Below are positions 49,649 through 60,820 of a stretch of 64,000 nt of DNA, piece by piece. Both the position numbers and the translations under genes were made by a program. Position 1 is the stretch's first letter. Each line of letters opens with the position of its first letter. The stretch lies in assembly GCF_902459465.1 (NCBI RefSeq), contig NC_047083.1, positions 1,488,001 to 1,552,000 on the forward strand. The letters are read 5' to 3'. Under the pieces are notes generated by a model, which saw nothing but the letters and a program-made list of their open reading frames with translations, made no database searches and was not told where the DNA came from. The DNA comes from Asterias rubens. Taxonomy: Eukaryota.

Positions 49649-50702
49649 AAGGTTTGTTATTTTATGCATATGTTGAGAAACACCAAGTGAGAAGACTGGT
49701 CTTTGACAGTTACCAATAGTGTCCACTGTCTTTAATTAAATATAAATATGTGACTTATGGTTTTCTGTCAAACCTGTACACATTAGATATGTCCATGGAC
49801 ATTGTTTACATAAAATATTGGATAGAAGGTTCAATGTTCAGTGTGCCTACACCCAATCAAGTTTACACCATGATATCCCACTAAAAACTCAACAGCGGGG
49901 TTTTTGAAAAAGGTGAAATTAAATATTCATTTTGAAAAACCAACAACTGAAACTTTGTGATGTTATTTCTCTTCATGTATAACAAATGTTCAAAAATAAA
50001 CCACCTGTTGGCTTTTGCTGATGTGACCAAGACTCAAGATCATCCACTTCCAGATGACTCGCCCGATCGTCGCACACGTGTGCGTGTGTGTTTACCTCTG
50101 TCATGTCTTTGACCCGTCGACCATCGTGATTTTTAGCCGCCGCTCACGTCACAGGGGTATTACGTAATCATTATCATTCACAAGTAGCTTTTGACTCTCG
50201 GCTGAAAAAGCCGCGCGGCCGGGTGCATATTTGACTCAAGTTATTTATTACTAAATGCAAATTTTAAGAGTAAAATGTTTTTTAACCGGTATCTACGATG
50301 TCTATTTTGCCATAAAAAGGTAATACTTGAAATGTTGAGATCATCCTTTATTGGCTGTTTAAAATCCAGTGCAGTAATGGCATGCATAGCTACAAAAAGG
50401 GGCTGAATCGCAATGTTGTTTTGCCTTGGTTGAAAACAAGTTTACTTTCCCATTATCCAATGGTGTTCTAATGACGTTGCGTCGTCAGTGCAGTTGTCCC
50501 ACTAAAGGCACCGGGCACGTTCGGTAATTGTCAAAGACCAGTCTTCTCACTTGTGCGACCCCAGATTATATTTTACTATGAGAGTATAGTAAAACAAAAA
50601 GGAGTGGAAGAGCAAAACAAGACGCTCAGAATGTATGTATTGTTGTATTTTCAGCTTTTAGAGGTGTGCTCCTCCCAGTTCAAAATTCCCATTTCCCGAA
50701 TA

Positions 50703-53700
50703 ATGGCATTTTTGAAAATTTGTCAGTGGTGTGTTCTGGCTATCTCGGTCACGCTCGCCATCACAATGGACGAAGAGCCTCTGACCGTCACATGTCAGAA
50801 CATACGTCATGACAAAATACTCGGCGATCTTGACAGGGGAGAGGGTAGCAAGATGTCTCTTGAGAGTTGCACAATAATTACGCAATCCAGCTACTCGTCA
50901 GACAGCATACACGAGTTGTGTTGTCAACACTGCCATAGTTGTTCTTTGCCTGGAACTGAAGAAGGGCCGTGGAAGGGAAAGACTGTTTCGAGAACCGTGA
51001 AATTGAATTCGACCAAGCTACACGAGCGAAAGAAAAGACAAGGTAACTTATTCAACCACCGGTTCACCTTTATGATCCCTGACATACAGCCACGGGTTTA
51101 CTTTTAATCCCCGGGTTCAGAGTTGACCCGGGTATTATATTTCAATGAGCCTAGTGTGATCTTAAGATGTGTAGCAAACCATAGAGAACCTTCTCTCTGA
51201 TCAAACCTTAATTGCCTTGAGTCATATTGACAGCACAGTAATCATCTCAAGCATACTTTTATTTCAATCAATTTTTCTATCGAAGTATTTTTTTAAATGT
51301 CCAGGTATCACCTGCGTTAACTTAATTATGCTTAAGCAACTAAGTTTCAAAATGTTCTACCATTAAAAGTATTGACATACTTTTTTTTGCACATAAAGGA
51401 TGCTAGCTGCCTGACTGCCTCCCCCTCCATATCAAATGACCCCTCTTGATTGACACCCCTCTAGGACGTGTGGCATCGTCCAGTTTAGGATATCATGCCA
51501 TATGAGCTGACCCGTGGGTACTATGGTTAAGCCAAAGACAATCATTATTTTAATTGTGTCATCAAGTGCTGACAGTGGCCCTCCCTGCTGGGTTTTATGA
51601 CAATTCTTTGTACTTTTGTTTTGTGAAATCGATCCCGATATACACCGATGTGTGTAGCACTGCTCTAGAATTGCAAAGGTCGTGGGTTCGAATCCCACCC
51701 GAGTAATATGCCTGTGATTTTTGTCCACATGACTTGGGAAAGTACTGAGTATACAGTGCTACACACATCGGTGTATGGGTAAAAAAACCTATTTAAAAAA
51801 AATCAATTATTGTTGATCGACAGAAGGTGCTGAGAGACCCTTGCATACATCGGGTACCGAGCGAGTGCTTCAAGCAGGTCGCACGTACCACTTTCCATGT
51901 CCAGTTTTCTCTCCTGGTGACGTCATCAATGACATAGTTTGGTTCAAAGGGAGCAACTGCGACCCCAAAAAGCGACAGAAAATCCTGCAACACTACAACC
52001 CACCCGACGGCACATTGATAACTCCGAGTCCACACTATCAGTTCACTGAGACCAATTATGGCTTGGTCATCGAGTCTGCTAACCTGACTGATTCTGATCG
52101 GTATTGGTGCAAGGCGCACAAGGAACCAATCGGGGAATATGTGGAGGAATTCCTGGATATATTTGTCTTGGGTGAAAAGATTATAAACTTGGAAATTAAA
52201 GCAGACTGTGGCCCTTTTCGAAACCACGGCTTCGGCTTTTGATTCAACTGCAGGCTCCGTTCTCTGGTCTAAGGCCCTAAGCGCGTACGCAAAGCACGCG
52301 TAAATTGTCGAAACAACCGCGGGGCCAAGCTAACCGAATCCAATGTCGAAGGTTCGTCGAAAAGGGTGTGTGTTTATCACCTATGACACTACCGACCCCT
52401 TGCACTGACGTCACACGCGGCTGACGTCACACAATTGTTTTCCAATTTGTATTTCTCCTGGCTTCAGTTAGAGGTGATAGCTTGGTAACGATATGAAAAA
52501 GTGTTCATCGACAAGAAACACATTTCTCATTCAGACATATGGTCATTTATGAGCCTTCGCTCGTCCTCAGCGCCTTGCTTTAACCAAAGGCGTTGGGATG
52601 GGCAAACGTATCATGCACTGTCATTAGTTTAATAATGCACATTCCCATCATGCATCATACTGCACCATATTTCTATGCACTGCATACAATGACGTGCTTC
52701 CTGAACAAGAATATGTGCAAGCTGATTAGCCCATCCCAGCGGTCCTGGATAGACTGGCCGCTGGGGGTGGCTATAATTTTTGACTCGGAAAGGGGTCAAT
52801 TCTCTCCTGCGACTTTTTAATAAAAGAAATTCTAGTGAATTCAATCTTATTTTTTATTCTTTTCCACTCGTCAGGTACAACGTTTCCAATTCACAAATGG
52901 CCAGACACGGACGAGGATATCCAAAGAAAATCCTTAAACTTCGCAGAGGCTAAACTCGTCACGTGTCCAGTGATGTCACAAACTAGTTCAAGGCGAGATG
53001 ACGTCACCGTTTACTGGTCACGCCTAAATACAGAAGACGGCCAAAGTATGGAGATTGTTTTCCCTGATGTCGTCGGAGTTGTGGCAGGTGGAGAGTACCA
53101 TGTAGATGGTGACAATAATCTGGTGGTGGACAATTTCAGCGGAAGGGAAGAAATGTATTGCTGTCATGTGTTTCAAGAAGACACAGCTCCAAGACAAGGC
53201 TGTGTGAGAGTAGTATGGGGAGGTGAGAGTTTGTAACTTCAGGACGCTAGGTGGCAGCAGATTGTATTTTTTTAACCTGACCATGCGCACATTCGTTTTG
53301 AACAAATTGTTTTCTTGCAAAGTATTGTATTTAATTCAAATTCACACTTCTCATCAAACTCGGTCTTTGTCTGTTTCACTTTGGTATTCATTTACCGTGT
53401 GAATGCTTTCGTTGAATTTTTGCAGTTAAAAACTAATAGACTTTTATCGCAGTGCAGCCATCTTGAATTTCTACCAAATGATATCAATCTTACCAAACCG
53501 AGGCTGGAAGAACAAAATAGTCTGGTTTCTATTTGCAAAATTGGTTATTAGCATTCATTATTGTCATTCGAGAATACGAGGAACATGGCCAAGATGGAGA
53601 CAGCATGATAAAGGTCTATTCTGATCTTTGTTCACAGCAACCCAAGAACCAAAATACCCTGTCATCTCGGCCTGTGGTGACATCAAAACTCCAGAAGGCC

Positions 53701-56700
53701 AATGTGACGTCAGACTTGAGTCGTACCAAGATTTCCTTCAACTGGATTGTTTAGTGACAAATGTATACCCTAGGCCTGACGTCAGCTGGTCACTGAAGGA
53801 CTGCATTGGTACAAATGCTACGGGTTTCTCCACCTGCAACGATTGGACGTACGATAATGTCTCAATGACGTACAGTGCAATATCGAAGTTATATTTGCAT
53901 AGCTTACCATTGGGGTCCTTTTCGTGTAATTTCATCTGCACGTCGCTTGGTGGCGCCATTCAAAATGACAGGGAGTCATCTTCTGTTCAAATATCACGTG
54001 AGTGTTGCTTGCTTCGTAATAACACATGTACGCATAGAGTATGTTTGTTTGCTTATTATTATCTTTTCTGTCAAGGGAACTCGTCAAATTCCCACGGAGG
54101 GATATGAATGCCAAGCTTGCAACACAGCCAATCTCTCTCATACAAGTTGTGTTGACGTCTATGGTTATGAATTGCACAAAATCAAGAAATGTGATTCAGT
54201 AGCTACTGACAAACCTTATTTTAGACATTGTGAAATCAGCGGTTAGCTTGGTAGGTATGATTCGAACCCACAACATAGCGATTGCAAGTCCTGCAGTCTA
54301 GACCATGCATTATCTCACTTTGCTTCATTAAATTCTTAAATCAAATCTTTGTTTCATGTATGCACAAACCTATTAAACTATGTGTACAGCAAGATTTATT
54401 AAATCTAATAGAAGTTCGAAATCATTTTAAAAATATTTCCTCTGATGTAATACTTTTTTATTTTCTCAGGTGCCGAAGAAATCGAGTCCAGCTGCAACTT
54501 TGCTCTTCTCTGTATAATGACAAGCATCTTTGTGACTTTGTTGATAATTTTGGTCATCAGATTTTGTTTAGCTTTTCCAAGATGTCAGGGTTTTGTCGTG
54601 AAACACGTCAGTAATATGGGAACTCTTAATTGCCGTGTGGACGACGAAGAGAAGCTGTCACGGAATAAAGATATAAAGCTTGAGACACAAACGGGTAAAC
54701 AGCTCTCTTAAAGACACTGGACACTATTGGATTGTCGAAGACCAGTCTTCTCACTTGGTGTATCTCAACATAATATGCATAAAATAACAAACCTGTGAAA
54801 TTTTGAGCTCAATCGGTCATCGAAGTTGCGAGATAACAATGAAAGAAAAAAACACCTTGTCACACGCACGTGTGTGCTTTAGATGGTTGATTTCGAGACC
54901 TCAAAATTCTAAATCTGAGGTCTCGAAATCAAATTCGTGGAAAATTACTTCTTTCTCGAAAACTACGTCACTTCAGAGGGAGCTGTTTCTCACAATGTTT
55001 TATACTATCAACCTCTCCCCATTACTCGTTACCAAACGAGGTTTCATGCTGATAATTATTTTGAGTAATTACCAATAGTGTCCACTGCCTTTAAAGGCAC
55101 ACGTTGCCTTGGAATAAGCGCTTTGGGCTATAAAAACAGTTTGTTATGAAATAAATATTATTATAGTTATTGAGATTTATTTTACAATCAAACCCCGGTT
55201 GCCAAAATTGTTGACTATTAATAAAACCTGTTGACGAATGTTATCAAAGGTAAATAATTGTTTTAATTAGTTGCTATGTTTTATGTATTTTCATTTTAAG
55301 AATTGACACCTTTGGAAATGTCACCGATGATCGTTCAAGGAAGTGAAGGCGATGCCAATACCAAAGGTAGACTTTTCTTCATTGATATTACAGTCTTTTA
55401 TTTATACACTTTCTGTCACTTTTTGTAAGTTTCGTTTTGAAGAATACAAAATAAAAATGGGCGTTAATAAACATGCTATAATAATATGTAAACCAAGATG
55501 ACGCTCTTGGCGCGAATGTGATTGAAAAAAAGAAAGAAAAAAAAGAGATGCAATGAATTACAAACTAATATAGAAATTTCCGGGTTTGAACTGGTAATAA
55601 TAAAAGTGGCTTCTTATTTGGCATTCAAATCCGTCACCCAGTGACCCCCAAGGCGCTTCAACAATCAGTAGTTACCTCGCAAAGGTGAGTGCACGGGGCT
55701 ACGCTTGACGTACAATACCTCATTTTTACATAGTACGTATTAATGGTTTACGAGATGTTGTGACGCAATATGCAACCAATCAAACCAGGAACACCGAGGC
55801 GAACCACTATAAGTAAACTGCCTTATTTTACGTGCGTTACACAGCAAACGGGACCAATGGCTTTACGTTCCAGCCATGGTCTTAAAGGACTTGAACCCAA
55901 ACACACCATAGCTTGCGTCCGTTGCTCTCATCCGTTCAGTGGGGAGTCTGTTCCAAAATGACGGGCCAAATGTTGAGAGCGATCGGCCTCATCACTAAGA
56001 GTACCTCGTGAATGTGTATAAGAGATGGTCGTTATCAGAGCCAAGTTGCTGGGGAAGGTTCGTAGATACGTTTAAGTCCATGGATACATGAATGTTTTTG
56101 TGTGTAGATATCAAAATGCAAAAGAGAATAACCAAGAAATACCTTTCCTCGTTTCCGTTTTTCAAAACAGAGCCCGTGTGTCTTATTAATAGCCGAACGA
56201 ATCATGACATCAATTTTACAGGTTTGTTTGTTTGTTTGTTTGTTGGGGTGTTTTTGTTGGGGTGTTGATGGTGTTATGATGTTTGTCTGTTTGTTGGGGT
56301 CGGTGCTGGGTGTTTGTTTGCAGTTTTGATTATTTGTTTGTCATGTGTTTATTTGGTTGGGAGTACAGATTGGCCTATAGGCCTATAAATATTCATTAAT
56401 TTTCTGGAAGAAAATCACCACGTCCGCACCAGCATTATGGAATTCATAATGGTGATATTTCGTGACGCTAAGGCCATGTTCTTCCATCTTTTTCAGACAA
56501 CACATACAACTGGGTCTCACTTGGGGAGCTTGTCACCAATCCTGATGACACCAACAATGGATTCCACCACATCCGTGACGTCATACCTGCACCAATCCAA
56601 GTCGGCGGATTGGTTATCATAGACTCCATTAGCATGCATCAGTTTACTTCAGAATATCAATACAAACGTGTGAATTTATTCAAACAATTACCGGGAAAAT

Positions 56701-57434
56701 ATATCTGCGTCACATATTTCACACCAAATAAGCTTATTTTTGGGCTGAAAATGGGTAGACTTCAGATTTTTGATCCTGATAAAACCGAAATAAGCGCCTT
56801 TGCTTCCATACTGCCGGTTGGGGATACTGAAGTTGAGCTTACCGATATCTCGGTGGACTGCCAGGGGTTTGTTTTTGCCGCTGACTCTAAAGGGAAAGCC
56901 ATCTCGGTGTTCGATCCCGACGGAGTGTACATTAACCGAGTAGAGATCAACATCGTACCCATATTCATCTTCGCCCACACCACTGATGAGATGAACAAAG
57001 TTGAACTTTTTGTCAGCTCCGAATCTACCGTTGAGATGTACGGTGTCAGCAGGAAGAGTTTTTATCCTTACCGGGCTACGATGGGAGCCCCCAAATACAT
57101 CGTAGACGACAAAATGGCAAAGGCCGAAAGCTTCCGCTCGGGTGGGATTACCGTACGAGGTGACAACCTCTTCTTGTTGAACAAACTACCCGACGACAAG
57201 AACGTGCAGGTTATACAACGCAAACACGCCGGCGGGGACGAGGAACACAGGTTCATTGTCGCCGTCTCTGATGAGGACGAGGGTGATACAGTGACGTCAC
57301 GTGGCATCAAGATCAAGGGAATTGCTTTCGCCGAGGAAGACGAAAACATTTTTGTTTATTTTGACCATGCTGTTTGTATCTTTAAGAAGACTAACAAGAT
57401 GCTGTCGAGAACAAATGAAACACCTGCAGTTTAA
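50703..57434 (+). CDS. Gene C: type I membrane protein, signal peptide-Cys-rich propeptide-RKKR-Ig-Ig-Ig-TM-cytoplasmic NHL-like beta-propeller, about 874 aa
   Basis: Exons 50703-51042, 51824-52171, 52875-53222, 53638-53997, 54470-54694 (TM), 55301-55366 (66 nt), 56497-57434. All phase-1 GT-AG, total 2625 nt open. Ig motifs FPC..IVWF..DSDRYWC, VTC..VYW..MYCC, LDC..VYPRPDVSW..FIC. Confidence 0.88.
54708..55094 (+). mobile_element. TTAA-flanked MITE family 1 (about 380 bp), full copy
   Basis: ttaa-agacactggacactattgg ... ccaatagtgtccactgcct-ttaa; TIRs with TTAA at both ends. Confidence 0.9.
56497..57434 (+). CDS. Terminal intronless exon of gene C encoding an NHL-repeat beta-propeller
   Basis: Acceptor ttccatctttttcag|AC is in frame with ORF 56610-57434. 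Clear NHL-type blade LTDISVDCQGFVFAADSKGKAISVFDPDGVYINRV; further blades GGITVRGDNLFLLN and IKGIAFAEEDENIFVY. Confidence 0.8.
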
Positions 57435-58042
57435 ATAAAATACTGTCTGCTTAGGTGGGTTTGCAGTAGCACCATGTTAAATCTTCTTTTGGAATGGGTT
57501 TGATCTGAAAAGAACCGGCGGCGGTTGACAACGTTTTGTTCAGTAGGCATTGTGTGCTCTTATAATACGAACGTTTGCTTATTTGTTATTAGATAATTTA
57601 AAATGATAGTTATAATGTACGTTATGTTAATTTTATTTCAACGTAACGTGATCTGTAAATTCTTACATCAGCTGTGTTTTTTTTTTTTTTTTTAGTCATC
57701 TTATTTAGAATCCTATTTAAGTGCCATGCAAACGAAATTGTAAATATTGCACCATGCAAATTACATGTAATTTGTTTGAGGTTTCCGAATTTAAGACTAT
57801 AATAACACCTTTAAGGCCTAACATTTTAGCTAACTTTCAGTGGTGAAGCGATGTAGACTATATTAACCACTAGGGCGGACGTTGTACAATCCATATTTAA
57901 TCCTATTTAAATGTCATGTACAAAGCATTTTGTAAATAATTCTGTGAAAATGTTTAACCGTGCAGTTTACATGTAGTTGAGCTTATAGAATTCGTAAAAC
58001 TATATATCGCTTTGTAGCTTACTTTCCATCTCTTTTCTCTCT

Positions 58043-58404
58043 TTAAAGGGTCTGTGTAACTTTTGTAGGACAAAAAACACAATATCCACAGATTTACACT
58101 AAACTTACACAATTTGAAGATAATGATAGTAGAAAGCTTCCCTGAAAATATTACTTGCTGAGGTGCTGTAGTTTTTGGGAAATGAGTAAAACAATGTCAT
58201 GAAAATAATGTTCGTCTCATGAGACGAAAATTATTTTAATCATTTACAAACGTATTTTCATGATTTTTGTTTACTCATTTCTCAAAAACTACAGCACCTC
58301 GGTAAGCAATATTTGAAGTGAAGCGTTCCACTATCATCATCTTCAAACCCCTGTAAGTTTAATGTAAATCTACGGACATTTTGAAAAAGTACCCGAATCC
58401 TTAA
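58043..58404 (+). mobile_element. TTAA-flanked MITE family 2 (other copies about 1942-2283 and 14760-15075)
   Basis: ttaaagggtctg..tttttgtaggacaaaaaacacaat ... aaaagtacccgaatccttaa; shared core gctgaggtgctgtagtttttgagaaatgag. Confidence 0.85.
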
Positions 58405-58586
58405 AGTAATTTTGGTGAAAAAAAGGTGCTTGATTGAATTTCTTTGGACATAAGTTTTCTTATGTTAGGCTATTAGACTGAAACTAAAAAGATTCTCACG
58501 GGATTGGAACCTGAATCATGTCTAGTGGGTGATGAGTGTTCGATACCGGTGGGACGTGAAACAACACGCAACCTTTATGTCACTTC

Positions 58587-58819
58587 GGGTGCGTTCGATT
58601 AGCTTCCCTGGGTCGACACCATGATGCATTCGGTTGAGCCCCTGACAAGAGCTAATCGAACGATCACACTCGCCCTCTCGTGGTAACGCCTTGCACCTCG
58701 GGTCTCCCCAAGTGACCTACTCCACAAGCAGGGGGCTGACCCGGGTGAGCCCCGTCAAAGCTATTCGAACGCACCGGGGGCAGACCGGGTCGACCCAGGG
58801 AAGCTAAACGAACGCACCC
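58587..58819. mobile_element. TIR-bounded MITE
   Basis: gggtgcgttcgattagcttccctgggtcgac ... gtcgacccagggaagctaaacgaacgcaccc. Confidence 0.8.
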
Positions 58820-59936
58820 TACATGTGCTTCTTGGAACAAATCTCTTGATTATAGATTTTGTTGTGTGTACAATTCTGGCAATGTGTTGTGTTGTTGGTT
58901 GCATCAATGGTTTCATTCAGCATAGAATCACTTCAGATTAAAAAAAATACTGTTGAATTTGTTGGGAGGCTGCAGTGAAACATACCAGAGCTTAATGTCA
59001 AGCAGGAATGTTCATTGTAGCTGCGAGTGCATTGTCATTAGGCTTTATGAAAGATGGTGGACGTGCACTGTTTGGTTTGGGTGGATATGATCAGATTTAC
59101 CCAAACCACAGAGTCATGTCATCACATGTTGTCCGCCATGCCCCAAATTGGCTTAATATTCGGTGTCTATACTACTCGACGAAAGCGCAGCACCACACAC
59201 CATGTCGAAAAGGATAGGTCTTGTAACAAACACATGCAATAGTAAGTATTCTCGTTGTATATTGTTTATGCTCCATATACTTTTCAATTTACTTGTCGAG
59301 CTACAGGAATAACTAAGGCAATAAAAGGGTAGCGACGAGTTCTTAAACTGCCGTTTAAAACAGGCAGGGTCGTGGCTGTGTGATTAAAAGGCCCGGGCCG
59401 GAGGCGAGGGCCTTTATATCACACGGCCACGATGAAGGCCGTAAGTTAGATTGGGTAAAAATTGTGTCTTATATTATAAAAAAGCCTATTATATAGAATT
59501 TATAAAATAAAACTGATTGAAAACGAAACCCGTGAGTGCACGATAATGAAACTGAATTCGACAGTAGCTAAACAGAACCCATGAATACAGTTGGATCAAA
59601 TCAAGGACGGGAAATACATGACTTTGAAAGCGCTTTAACATTAATTTTCATATCATTAATAAATTTTAGCCTTCGAGAAAGACTCTGCTAGGGTCGAAAC
59701 GTCAGGCCATTAACTATTTTTTGCAAAATTAATATTGGTAAGTTAGATAATGGAGACTCTATATTTTCTCGTTTTGAAATAATCCTCCAAGAGGGAACAT
59801 GTGCATAACGGCGTTATTAAAACCGTAGTCTCATCTCAAGCCAGGAATTGTTAGTGTTATGGTACAAAACTTCTCGCTAAGGTGTGAAAAGGAAAGAAAA
59901 CGTATGCCCCCGGAGACAGAGGCGTCTAGATGTTGA

Positions 59937-60138
59937 GGGAGCTATAGCAGGCATACACTGCAGCAGATTTCACGAAACGCGGGGATTAATCCTATAGACC
60001 TTAAGGGAGCTATAGCAGGCATACACTGCAGCAGATTTCACGAAACGCGGGGATTAATCCTATAGACCTTAAGGGAGCTATAGCAGGCATACACTGCAGC
60101 AGATTTCACGAAACGCGGGGATTAATCCTATAGACCTT
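59937..60138 (+). repeat. Perfect tandem triplication of an unrelated 68-bp unit
   Basis: gctatagcaggcatacactgcagcagatttcacgaaacgcggggattaatcctatagacc begins at 59941, 60009 and 60077. Confidence 0.95.
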
Positions 60139-60173
60139 TTCCAGGTGTGGTTATCTTGATTTCACTCCATTCT

Positions 60174-60307
60174 TAGGCCGTGTCCGAAACGGCGACTTCG
60201 GCTACAGCTACGGCTAGATCGCGCGCGTCTGCCTATTCTTCAACACTGGTAGACGCGCTGATCTAGACGTAGCTGTAGCCGAAGTCGTCGTTTCGGACAC
60301 GGCCTTA
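60174..60307. mobile_element. Hairpin MITE (copy at 3359-3488, fragment at about 29606-29650)
   Basis: ggccgtgtccgaaacggcgacttcggctacagctac ... gtagctgtagccgaagtcgtcgtttcggacacggcc; TA-like flanks. Confidence 0.85.
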
Positions 60308-60820
60308 GTCATTGTAACCAAACTGAGGTTGCACGAAATAATAGTCTGGTGCCTGGTTTGCGCAATGAATGTTAACATTCCGTACTGTTATTGGAAACAG
60401 GGAACATGACCAAGATGGTGACGGCGTGATAAAGGTCTATCTTTCGAGTTAGGACGAGTAACCCTTGTTCACTGCGTACGTCTATGGATACGGAAGTTAA
60501 CTCGTCTTAAGTCCTAAGATTAATCTTAAACCAGGAAGAGTTTGGTGAAATCGACGGCTGGGGGGGGGGGGGTTCCCACATCAGATTTAGTCCGAAATTG
60601 CTAAATCTTAAAAAAAAATAATAAAACAATATGAAAGACAAACATTTCGGTTTGAGTTTTACAAAACACATCCTGAACATGCAGAAAATTTGTCGGAAAT
60701 CAGGGTGTATCAATGCTTTCACTTTCTGGGTAATCAAAACAAATGTTTATCTTGAGGTAATGTATATGTTGAAGCACTATCACGTACAGTTTTGACTGTA
60801 TTTTGTGGCGGTCAGTCGAC

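Noticed and set aside
50553-50654. N-terminal extension of the 184-aa ORF 50553-51107
   Set aside because: Starts at a GTG next to a MITE fragment and lies upstream of the acceptor at 50654; the ATG at 50703 gives a proper signal peptide.
54076-54246. Cys-rich frame GYECQACNTANLSHTSC..KKC resembling a Ly6/three-finger start
   Set aside because: Phase incompatible with the upstream exon, ends in a stop without a donor, too short to support.
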